From an uncultured Gammaproteobacteria bacterium (lineage in GTDB: Bacteria > Patescibacteriota > Patescibacteriia > UBA9934): DNA of 64,000 nucleotides. Below are positions 28,010 through 36,820 of the stretch, one piece after another. The notes below the pieces were generated by a model. It was not told the origin of the DNA. It worked only from the letters and a program-made list of their open reading frames with translations, and ran no database searches. A program made the translations under genes and the position numbers. Every line of letters begins with the position of its first letter. The stretch's first letter is position 1. The stretch spans positions 4,336-68,335 of the forward strand of contig CAYPWV010000005.1 in assembly GCA_964414795.1 (NCBI GenBank), given 5' to 3'.

Positions 28010-31000
28010 TTAGATCGGATTTGTATCTACGTTCTCGTCCTGTACAACGTCATTATTAGACGCGTCATCGGTCACGGGGGCGGATATGGAATCCGCACCT
28101 ACGGACGCGTTATCATTTTCATCAATCTCCGCCATGTCCTCGTCAGGAGACGCTATGAATGGCGTCTCTACATCCTCATCTGCATTCGCATCTTCGGACG
28201 CATCGTCGGTCACAGGGGCGGGTATGGAATATGCCCCTACAGATGCATCCTCGTTCACGTCATTTTCTACATCCTCGTTCATATCTAGCACTGGCGTAGC
28301 ATCATCAATCGTGGAAGATTCTACCGGAACCATGTCATGACGATACGCAAGCACAAGCCAATCAACAGAGACACCTTCGCTGCCATTCGCATCACGAATG
28401 ATAAACCCTGCGTTTGAACGATCGGTAACATACAGCTGACCCGTAAGACCATTTGGCGTAACAAGAACGCGATAGGAACTTTCGGGAGAAATGATGTCGT
28501 TATACTCTGGGCTTACATTTTCAAAAGAAACACGAGCCATGCCGTTATGCAATGTTGATGTACCAGAAAGTTGCACCATCGTTTCAGGAGATGTGGTTGG
28601 ATAGGTTGAAACGGACGTGTTTTGCAGCGAATGCACAACCTGTGTGAGCTGACCATCCGTAACAATGTCTCCATTCTCTTTAATTTGCCACGTGCCAATA
28701 CCCGAAAGCGTTCCAACATTTATAATATTGCCTCCATTCATGCTGAGGAGATTGGTAATGTTCAACGTTTCAATATCTTGTGAGTTAATGGCAATCGATG
28801 ACGTATTCGATGCTCCCGAAGTTCCTTGGTATTGCGGACGAACAAACGCTGCAATACTTCCCTCCCCAAAACTCCACGACGCAAGTGCGTAGCCAATAAT
28901 CTGTCCGGGTTCCGTCGCTTTCATAGCAAATCCTGCACGGGAAGACGTGGTGAGTGCATCGCCAGACTCGATCGCACCGTTTTCATCGCTTACCTTCAAA
29001 GAAACCCGACCCGAAACGGCAACGGGATATTCACCCAGAGCACTTCCCGCAATAAATCCCGACTGCGATGCAACAACACCGGCAATACGTGCACTATACG
29101 TTTCACCCGACGAACGCACCACTCCCGAGCCGTCGGCCGCAAACTCCACCACATCTCCCGGAACCAACGCATCAGCAGAGGCAAATGACTCGGAGTAGTT
29201 TGAAGCATTTGATGACCAGCCCGCAGCGTTCGTACGCATATACCCCGCACCCGTACTGTCATAATACACATATGCACCGTACTGGAGCACACCACGATCC
29301 GAAGGATAAAAATTGCCCGCGATCGCTAAATCACCCGTGCTGCCAAACGTCATCACGTCAACATTATCGTTATTCGTAAGACTTAAATGAGAAGCATCAG
29401 TTCCTTCAACAACATTGCGCAGGCTTAAAGAAACATCCTGCGCAAAAGATCCATTCCACGCAGATCCCACAAACGCTAAACCAGCCGAATCAAGAAGTTG
29501 ATGCGTTGCCGTTGCATCCGCACCTCCAAGCGCAATGCCATTCGTAAATGCGGTTGCTTCACCCGTGCTCGTCAGCATCTCTCCCCCGTACCACATTGGC
29601 TGCACCAAAACCTTAATAGTTCCCGCTCCACTAGCGAGCGGTTCAAGCGCACGACCAATAATGTAGGTTCCCCCCGGTGCCTTCGCGCCATATCCCGCAC
29701 GAACGGAGGAAGTAGTAATAGCATCGCCTATAGCAATAGATCCTGCATCTGTAGAAACAAACGTTTCAATCTGCCCCACAAGTCCCACAAGCGCATAATT
29801 TGGATCATTTTCTAAACTTGCCTCAGCGCCGGAATACCCATTTCCAATAAAACCCGGATTTGTAGAAACAACTCCCAACACATTCGTATCTCCCGCAGTA
29901 CAAGACTCTACTGCATACGATTGTTCTTCATCCCAACAAACAATGGTATATCCCGCAATGTGCTCAGATGCGGGAAAATATTCCGCGTAGTCAGCACCTG
30001 CGGCGTTCCATGCGCCGTCGGCAAAAGCATCACCGTCATTTTCAAAACGAAACTCGGTATCACGCACACCACCGCTATTATCTGCATCCGATCGAATAAG
30101 AATAACCTCATCATTGTTCGCATTTTCATTCACATCGATGACAAGTGCTTGTGCGGTAGCTGTGGTTGTCGCATTTGCTACTTGATTTTGCGTAATGTAT
30201 ACCGCCGTAGAATCACCGCCTCCCGAGTTTGAAACATTAAGTGCTTTTCCTGTTGAACCTCCCGATGTACGACCTTGCTGAATATCCACTAAAGTTCCCG
30301 TAAAATCTGTAGCGATCGAATCCGTACGCATGATTTGGAATCCCTTTCCCGAAGTTAACGAATTTGTATTCAGTGAAAATGCCGTGGTTGTTGTTGCAGC
30401 CGAAGTAAAAGTAAATGCATCAGTTCCCGTAGTATCGCCCGCACTAAGACTTCCATTAAACGTTGCAGCTCCCGCAGTCGTTACCGACCATGCAGTTCCC
30501 GAATTAATTGCAACTCCCGTACTTGCATGCGTATTACCGAGCGTAATCGTATCTGCCGACGTACTGTTTGTTGCAATATTAATGGTATTTCCTCTATCAG
30601 AATCAACACCTCCAATATCAATGGTAGTTGTTCCCGAAGTATCATCAAAAAGATTTACGGAAGATGTTGTTGAAGAAAATACTCCCGTCGTTGACGAAAG
30701 TGAACCCGCGGCAACCGTATCTCCCTCCGCATCAACACGAAAACGAGCCGAACCGCCATTTGCAATACCAAAAATAGTATCATTTGCCGCAAGATCGGCT
30801 GTTGCCGGATTAATATACACAGATCCTGCGTCTATTCCAGAACTTGCGGGGTTACCGGTAAAAACCACATTACCTGATGAATTAAGAGCCACAATACCTG
30901 CGGCAGTTGATCCGTTATCTTCTGTAGCAAAGCCATTCAAAAGAAGGGCGTTAATTGCAAAAGGCGCAGAAACAATTTGCTTACGTGGACTCAGTGTTTC

Positions 31001-31408
31001 GCCGCCAATAGTTATTTGAAGATACACACTTGCGTTCTCTCCAAAAACGCTATCACTAATAGCGGCATACGCAGGACTTGCAGCCGTATCACCCAAATTT
31101 TCGCTAAAAAGCCCGTCGGTAAGCGTAACCGTACGAGCCGTTGCTGACGCACAGGTCGCCGAAGAGTTCGACCAAAGACACGTACCGCCCGAAGAAGCGG
31201 TGTAAAATTGAAAGATCATGCTCGCTGATGTATCAGAAACCGGCGCACGATTACTATTCAATAACCGACCCTGGTAAGAGATGATACTTACCGGAAGCGC
31301 TGCGGAAACAGGAGTTGCAAAAAGAAAAAGACTTACACTGTAAATAAACAAAAACAAGGCGGATGATATCCTCCAAAGGCTTTTTTTCTGTATACCGGCT
31401 CTATTCAT
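28010..31408 (-). CDS. Very large secreted Gly/Thr/Ser-rich repetitive surface protein (~1130 aa) with an acidic C-terminal tail
   Basis: Signal peptide (FLFIYSVSLFLFATPVSA). A long beta-rich, low-charge repetitive body resembling an adhesin or fibre. The acidic tail contains palindromic element copy C. Start trimmed to the internal Met; the track ORF runs to 31450. Confidence 0.75.
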   Translation of the reverse strand: MNRAGIQKKSLWRISSALFLFIYSVSLFLFATPVSAALPVSIISYQGRLLNSNRAPVSDTSASMIFQFYTASSGGTCLWSNSSATCASATARTVTLTDGLFSENLGDTAASPAYAAISDSVFGENASVYLQITIGGETLSPRKQIVSAPFAINALLLNGFATEDNGSTAAGIVALNSSGNVVFTGNPASSGIDAGSVYINPATADLAANDTIFGIANGGSARFRVDAEGDTVAAGSLSSTTGVFSSTTSSVNLFDDTSGTTTIDIGGVDSDRGNTINIATNSTSADTITLGNTHASTGVAINSGTAWSVTTAGAATFNGSLSAGDTTGTDAFTFTSAATTTTAFSLNTNSLTSGKGFQIMRTDSIATDFTGTLVDIQQGRTSGGSTGKALNVSNSGGGDSTAVYITQNQVANATTTATAQALVIDVNENANNDEVILIRSDADNSGGVRDTEFRFENDGDAFADGAWNAAGADYAEYFPASEHIAGYTIVCWDEEQSYAVESCTAGDTNVLGVVSTNPGFIGNGYSGAEASLENDPNYALVGLVGQIETFVSTDAGSIAIGDAITTSSVRAGYGAKAPGGTYIIGRALEPLASGAGTIKVLVQPMWYGGEMLTSTGEATAFTNGIALGGADATATHQLLDSAGLAFVGSAWNGSFAQDVSLSLRNVVEGTDASHLSLTNNDNVDVMTFGSTGDLAIAGNFYPSDRGVLQYGAYVYYDSTGAGYMRTNAAGWSSNASNYSESFASADALVPGDVVEFAADGSGVVRSSGETYSARIAGVVASQSGFIAGSALGEYPVAVSGRVSLKVSDENGAIESGDALTTSSRAGFAMKATEPGQIIGYALASWSFGEGSIAAFVRPQYQGTSGASNTSSIAINSQDIETLNITNLLSMNGGNIINVGTLSGIGTWQIKENGDIVTDGQLTQVVHSLQNTSVSTYPTTSPETMVQLSGTSTLHNGMARVSFENVSPEYNDIISPESSYRVLVTPNGLTGQLYVTDRSNAGFIIRDANGSEGVSVDWLVLAYRHDMVPVESSTIDDATPVLDMNEDVENDVNEDASVGAYSIPAPVTDDASEDANADEDVETPFIASPDEDMAEIDENDNASVGADSISAPVTDDASNNDVVQDENVDTNPI
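28145..28169. repeat. Palindromic element copy C (GAGACGCtAT-ga-ATGGCGTCTC, one mismatch), in-frame encoding DEDVETPFIASPDED; flanked by ~45-nt imperfect direct repeats at 28055-28105 and 28195-28245
   Basis: Read directly. Confidence 0.75.
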
Positions 31409-33983
31409 GTGATGTACCGTCCTGACGACGAAGAGGAAGGTTGACACCAAAAAGGCTCACTTCCTTCCTATTTTTAAAGTCAACAGGCTTAATCGTTGCA
31501 TCAAGAAATCCGTCTTTTGCAAACGTTACATAATACTCATTCGGACCAAGAGCAAAAACATAACGACCTTGCGCATCAGAAAGTATTGATTCAACAAGCT
31601 TATTATACTTCGGTTCGAACAATCGAATAACCACATTGCCCACAGGATGACGCGACTTTTCATCATATACAATACCCCACGTATCTGCGCGTTTACGATG
31701 CGCGATTTTCCACGTAAGTGCATAGAGTGAAACTTGCGCGCAAAGCATGACAAACGTAAAAATACTTGCTGATACTACAAAAACTCCCAACGAAATAACT
31801 ACACTCAACGGAGACAGTACAAGTGCAATACGCCGCTTTGTGCGCTGCCAGCGAAGCGCTTTCGCAGGAACAGGCGAACCTTCCGGATCCAAAGGAATCG
31901 TAACCGCAAGAGGTTCTGCATCTCTTGTTACTTCAATTTCCTGTCCTGCATACACATCGGCATATATTCCATCTTCCCGTACATTCTGCAAATACAAACT
32001 CGGAAAAACAAATCCCTGCTTAATAACCTGCAGACGATATCGCCCTTCCTGAGAAATACGCAACAAAAACTCACCTCGATCATTGGTAACAACCGTTTTG
32101 ATAAGACGACTCGTTGCCACGTCATACGCACGGACGATAACAAGATCAAGAGGAACCTTGGTAACGCTGTTATAAACGATGCCGAGCTTTTTATGCTTCT
32201 TACGAGCAAAAAAGAGCAAAGGCTGTGATAACAACGAAGAAAGAAGAAGCAAAAGCTGACTTCCACCCACCGCAATCGTTGCCGCAACCGCCGCAATCAC
32301 TGCGGGTGGCGTGGCGATAACTACCGCTTGCTCCGGCGTCACGTCTTGAAAAGCATCCGCAACGCTCTCAAAAAATGCTGAAACTTGCGAAGTCAACAAG
32401 CGCTCATCAGACGGATTTTCCTCTCCCGTTCCAGAGCTAGATTCATCAGAAAAAACCACATCAGGATCTCGGATAAAAACAATCCGCGGAGCAAGAATGC
32501 TATTCGTAACCGTTATCATTGCTTCTGTGGTTTGATATCCTTCTTTTTCTCCCCGAAGAAGATACGTGCCGTTGGGCACATACCATGCAAATCCTGAACC
32601 CGTACTGTCGCTCATTTCTTGCGCTACCTGACCGTAGAGTTCCGCATTCCAAGCCGATCCATCCGATTGAAGCACGGTAATGGTCGCATTTTCTATTCCT
32701 ACAGATTCTCCCTCCCGCACCTCGTACGCAAAACCCGAAGGAACTACATCAAAAAGCAACGGCGACGTTGCAACAACTCCCGAGCTATCTTCAACAACCA
32801 CACTTCCCAATCCGTTTGCAGAACCTACAGAAATTGTTCCCGTCCAAATATCCGTATCCGTCTCAACAAACGGATATCGATCATCACCTATCTCTACATA
32901 CACCGCCGTAGGATTTCCTTCGTCAAACAAAATCTCTACTTCCGCAAGAGAATCTGCAAGAACAGAAACGGTATTATCGACAATAGGAAGCGAGATTTCC
33001 TCCGCAGAAACGCCTACGTCATAAGAAAGCACATCGCCTCCCGATCCACTCGCTGTATCATCACTGCCACTTGTTTCATCAACTCCATCACTACTAGATG
33101 ACGACGGAACTTCTCCCGACGTGTCTGAACCACTCGTATCCGTGCCCGCCGTATCATCAGAAGACGTTTCTCCATCATCCGTATCAGCTGGATCTGTATC
33201 CGTTCCCGGAATTTCTCCGTCGTCAGGTGGAACGTCCGGATCTTCACCAGGAACATCGTCCGGATCTTCATCAGGAGCATCCGGATCGGGTGTTTCTGGG
33301 TCAGGGTCAGGCTCAGGATCGGGTTCGGGATCGGAATCGCCGGTATCTCCCGTATCGCCTCCCGACGAACCACCTCCGCCGCCACCACCACCTCCTCCGC
33401 CACCCGTTGTCGCATCCGGCACATCAACCGAAACTCCCGACGCTGAACTCGTAACAATAGGAACGATCACCGAGCCTCCACTACCAAACGTTCCACCAAA
33501 TGCAATAAAATAACTTCCTACGCCCGAAGGATTGGTCACTTGATGTGTACTCACTCCCGATGATGATGCATTCAATCCCATCTCAATAACAATTACCGAA
33601 TTTGCTGCAATAGTTCCCCCGTCTCCTGTACACATTTCAAACGTTGCAACAGAACCAGAAAAAGAAATTCCCATCTGCTCACTCCCTGCACACGTAGCTG
33701 CGGTGGTGAGATCAACACCATCATCAGCAACGTCAACATCATCTTCGGCAAATGACGTAAGCGCATATCCGGAAGGAAACGTAATCGTCATCGTTTCTCC
33801 TTCTGCCCACGAAGCAGATCCATTGAGTGTAAGAAAAAACTTATAGTTTGCAGATGCACTGGCAAGATGCGTTGTAGCAGTTGCGTAAAGAGACGAAAGT
33901 TCAACCGCAAACACAAAATGCGTCGGCAACACCAGAAGCGACAAAAGCAAACATGCAAGTATCCGAAAAGAGAAACGTTTCAC
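31401..33983 (-). CDS. Large secreted/membrane protein (860 aa): signal peptide, poly-Gly (12x) and Asp/Pro low-complexity region, TM segments, two carboxypeptidase-regulatory-like (prealbumin-fold) domains
   Basis: MKRFSFRILACLLLSLLVLP signal peptide. GGGGGGGGGGGG and DPEPDPEPDPDP tracts. Two GIVYD...GRY...V.K.GF modules typical of CarboxypepD_reg/Cna-B-like folds. Confidence 0.75.
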   Translation of the reverse strand: MKRFSFRILACLLLSLLVLPTHFVFAVELSSLYATATTHLASASANYKFFLTLNGSASWAEGETMTITFPSGYALTSFAEDDVDVADDGVDLTTAATCAGSEQMGISFSGSVATFEMCTGDGGTIAANSVIVIEMGLNASSSGVSTHQVTNPSGVGSYFIAFGGTFGSGGSVIVPIVTSSASGVSVDVPDATTGGGGGGGGGGGGSSGGDTGDTGDSDPEPDPEPDPDPETPDPDAPDEDPDDVPGEDPDVPPDDGEIPGTDTDPADTDDGETSSDDTAGTDTSGSDTSGEVPSSSSSDGVDETSGSDDTASGSGGDVLSYDVGVSAEEISLPIVDNTVSVLADSLAEVEILFDEGNPTAVYVEIGDDRYPFVETDTDIWTGTISVGSANGLGSVVVEDSSGVVATSPLLFDVVPSGFAYEVREGESVGIENATITVLQSDGSAWNAELYGQVAQEMSDSTGSGFAWYVPNGTYLLRGEKEGYQTTEAMITVTNSILAPRIVFIRDPDVVFSDESSSGTGEENPSDERLLTSQVSAFFESVADAFQDVTPEQAVVIATPPAVIAAVAATIAVGGSQLLLLLSSLLSQPLLFFARKKHKKLGIVYNSVTKVPLDLVIVRAYDVATSRLIKTVVTNDRGEFLLRISQEGRYRLQVIKQGFVFPSLYLQNVREDGIYADVYAGQEIEVTRDAEPLAVTIPLDPEGSPVPAKALRWQRTKRRIALVLSPLSVVISLGVFVVSASIFTFVMLCAQVSLYALTWKIAHRKRADTWGIVYDEKSRHPVGNVVIRLFEPKYNKLVESILSDAQGRYVFALGPNEYYVTFAKDGFLDATIKPVDFKNRKEVSLFGVNLPLRRQDGTSHE

Positions 33984-34846
33984 GATCGTAGTATACCCCG
34001 TTTCTTTATAAAAAAGACGACTACTCCTACCAAAAGAAGAACAATTCCTCCAGCAAGAAAAAGAACACCCTTTCCTGGCATCGTACCCAGAGTAATTGAC
34101 GCATATTGTGCTTCTCCTCCTTGCACCGCAACACTGTCAAGGTCAAACGTCACTCTACCTCCCACATGCCACAAGCCAAAATCCGCAAACGGCAACACGT
34201 CAGAAATAACGCGCGTCGTTCCCACCGGCAATCGCCCTTCATGATCCGCAAAAACAAAACGACCAATCTCTCTACCAAACATATCATGCACAAAAATAAC
34301 GGATATTGGTTTTACCAGCGCATCTCCCGTATTCGTAAGCTGCATGATTCCTCGAAATCCTCCATCAGTCGGAATAACCGTAAACGCATCGATACGAAAA
34401 CTGGGCTGCGCTTCGGGCACAACGTCTGTAGGAAAAAGTAACGTAACAAAACCGCCAGAAACCTCTGTATCAACATCACCCCGTTCATATAATGCTACCG
34501 CGAATACCTGATCTGCAGTTACCTTTTCTGGATGAAGAAACGTAATGATAAATTGCTGCTTTACTCCGGCATCAACAAGTGCAGTACGAGGACTAACATT
34601 CGCTTCAAGACTTTCAGGAATGTCAGAAAGTGCACTAATACTTCCATTGGGCGCAAACGTCACTAGCTTCACCTCTGCTTCATAGATTTTTTGAACATTA
34701 TCAGTATTGATCACAAAAAAATCTTGCAATACTTCTGTTGACTGCGAAAAAGAAATGTCGACAACGGATGGGGAAACCTCAAATGCAAAACAAGGGTGAG
34801 GGAAAAGAATCAACGCAATGAAAAGGAGAATTTTTTTGATGAACAT
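33980..34846 (-). CDS. Secreted protein with C-terminal TM anchor and basic tail (288 aa)
   Basis: N-terminal signal peptide and a C-terminal VLFLAGGIVLLLVGVVVFFIKKRGILRS anchor. The architecture resembles DUF916/DUF3324-type cell-surface proteins; this is low-confidence similarity only. Confidence 0.6.
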   Translation of the reverse strand: MFIKKILLFIALILFPHPCFAFEVSPSVVDISFSQSTEVLQDFFVINTDNVQKIYEAEVKLVTFAPNGSISALSDIPESLEANVSPRTALVDAGVKQQFIITFLHPEKVTADQVFAVALYERGDVDTEVSGGFVTLLFPTDVVPEAQPSFRIDAFTVIPTDGGFRGIMQLTNTGDALVKPISVIFVHDMFGREIGRFVFADHEGRLPVGTTRVISDVLPFADFGLWHVGGRVTFDLDSVAVQGGEAQYASITLGTMPGKGVLFLAGGIVLLLVGVVVFFIKKRGILRS

Positions 34847-35040
34847 ACGTCAAGCTTTAGTAAGATTTTCGTCATGTCGAACTCTCTATCATCATCTCCT
34901 GTCATCCCGACGTTAGGAGGGATCTCCCACACTTGTCACGATCACCCCTCATTCTCTCACATTTGTAAACTGATACTTGAACTTTGGATCTTATTTGCCT
35001 TTTGATGCTTGGACTTTGGACTTTTTCTTCAATCCTTGTC

Positions 35041-35065
35041 ACAGACGCCATAAATGGCGTCTCTA
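35041..35065. repeat. Palindromic element copy D (cAGACGCCAT-aa-ATGGCGTCTC), intergenic between two surface-protein genes
   Basis: Same core as the other copies, outside any confident CDS. Confidence 0.75.
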
Positions 35066-35107
35066 CCGCCTCCAACGTAATCACATCACGACGATACAAA
35101 TTTGCGA

Positions 35108-36100
35108 TTAATAATTTCCCGCAAAAAGAACCGTGAGATTCTGTGAATACGCGCCTCCCTGTTGCGATGAACTGATCGCGAGTTTCAACGTAACATAGTC
35201 ACGTGCAAGAAAACTCACCGCAGAACGCGATGCGACAAGCTGCGGGGAGCTAGAAATCGCTGTGTCCTGTATGGCAAAATCAGAGCCCACCAGCGACGTA
35301 TCTGATGATCGAGCCCCGTATTCAGAAACACCCACCGTAACGGCTCCATCTACAACATCGGGAATTTCATCAAGTCCTGACGTTATGAGATTCGTATCTT
35401 CCATAAGATATGCGGAATAACCCGTTGAAATATCCGCAGTTGCCTCCCAGGCTATAACACCCGTTGCCATTGTTGAAGCCGTGGGATCGTTCATGGGAAG
35501 CGATGTACCGTTCGTAGTCATTTTATATACATAGTCTCCTCCCGATCCATCGATAATCGGGGAGCCGCCAGAAAATGCATCAACAGTAATAACCGATCCT
35601 AAAATAGAGGTAATCTCCCCTATCTCGGACACCTGGGATTCCCCCTCATTTTGTACAACTAAGATACGATTTCCCACAGCAAACCCGGACGCACTTGTAA
35701 CCGTAACCGTTGTACTCGTTGCCGCAGTTGCCGCCACTTGAGACGACGTATCCTGAACAAAAATCTGGAAGGTCGATACCGGATCGTAAATACCTCCACG
35801 AAAACCGCCATCAAGTGCGTAGGAATTAGACGTCATGTCTTCTGCAGAGGAACCCAAATCCACAGAAGAGCGCAAACGATAACTTGTTGAACTCTGCGTG
35901 TCAGAAGAAGCTGCAGAAAACGCATCCCATTGAACAATATAATTCGTAGAAGACATCGCCGCGAAGGCGGAAGGCGCAAAAAAGAGAACACAAAGAACAA
36001 AAGCAACAAAAAGGCTTCTTTTCACGAAAGGAAAAAATCTCTCAGCGCATTCAGAGATCATGAACGTAGTATAGAACCAAAAATATGCACAGGTGCACAT
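35108..36100 (-). CDS. Secreted Ser/Thr-rich protein (330 aa), first gene of the surface-protein operon
   Basis: Signal peptide (LFVAFVLCVLFFAPSAFA) and a Ser/Thr-rich, low-charge body. Confidence 0.65.
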   Translation of the reverse strand: MCTCAYFWFYTTFMISECAERFFPFVKRSLFVAFVLCVLFFAPSAFAAMSSTNYIVQWDAFSAASSDTQSSTSYRLRSSVDLGSSAEDMTSNSYALDGGFRGGIYDPVSTFQIFVQDTSSQVAATAATSTTVTVTSASGFAVGNRILVVQNEGESQVSEIGEITSILGSVITVDAFSGGSPIIDGSGGDYVYKMTTNGTSLPMNDPTASTMATGVIAWEATADISTGYSAYLMEDTNLITSGLDEIPDVVDGAVTVGVSEYGARSSDTSLVGSDFAIQDTAISSSPQLVASRSAVSFLARDYVTLKLAISSSQQGGAYSQNLTVLFAGNY

Positions 36101-36290
36101 CTTGGGGATAAAATTGTCAACGCAGTCTTTGACAAAAACGTTTTCCCCAAAATGCCCACAGGCTTATACACAACTTATCCACATATATGTTCCACATGAA
36201 ACTTTATCTATTTCTTAAATAATCGCTAATATAAAACAAATCTACTTGTTTTCCCCGATCTGTATTTTTGATAATAAAAAGTTATGCACA

Positions 36291-36478
36291 GCTTTTCTTA
36301 ATAAGAACCAATCTCATTTCACGTGAAACAAAGTCATCTTTCATCCTCTTTTTATCCACAGGTATGCTCACAGGAAGATCCTTCGCTTCGCTCAGGATAA
36401 CAAAAGCTCCGTTTTTACTTCATGGAATAAAAAGTTTTACATAAAGTTATTCACAGGATTCTTACATAGATATCCACA
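36291..36478. promoter_or_regulatory. Cluster of four co-oriented DnaA-box-like 9-mers (TTATGCACA, TTATCCACA, TTATTCACA, ATATCCACA) within ~190 bp of an AT-rich 500-bp non-coding region
   Basis: Three exact matches to TTATNCACA and one 1-mismatch box, read directly. The region is upstream of the surface-protein operon and next to tRNA-Arg(CCT). Confidence 0.5.
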
Positions 36479-36592
36479 ACTCATCTAAAAACAGTTCACC
36501 GAACTCTGTTACGAGGGAAATGAACATAAAAAATGATAAAACTCATCTAAAACAAAAAAATATGCTCCGTATGAAACATATTTCTTACTATT

Positions 36593-36668
36593 TGGTGTCC
36601 TCACCTGGGGTCGAACCAGGATTACAGGCTTAGGACGCCCATGTTCTATCCAATTGAACTATGAGGAC
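36593..36668 (-). tRNA. tRNA-Arg (anticodon CCT), CCA encoded
   Basis: Manual cloverleaf: acceptor GTCCTCA/TGAGGAC, D-arm GTTC..GAAC, anticodon loop GUCCUAA, T-arm CCTGG-TTCGACC-CCAGG, discriminator A plus CCA. Confidence 0.85.
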
Positions 36669-36820
36669 GGGTGTTTCACATGAATCTCACGTATCATGTC
36701 TTACATGGAACGACTTATGCACACTGTTCGGTATATGTTCGCTATTCGTGCTATACTTTTTAGGCTCGCAAAAAGAGCGCCGATTGAGTATAAATAACAC
36801 ACCTATCCCGGTCAACCATT

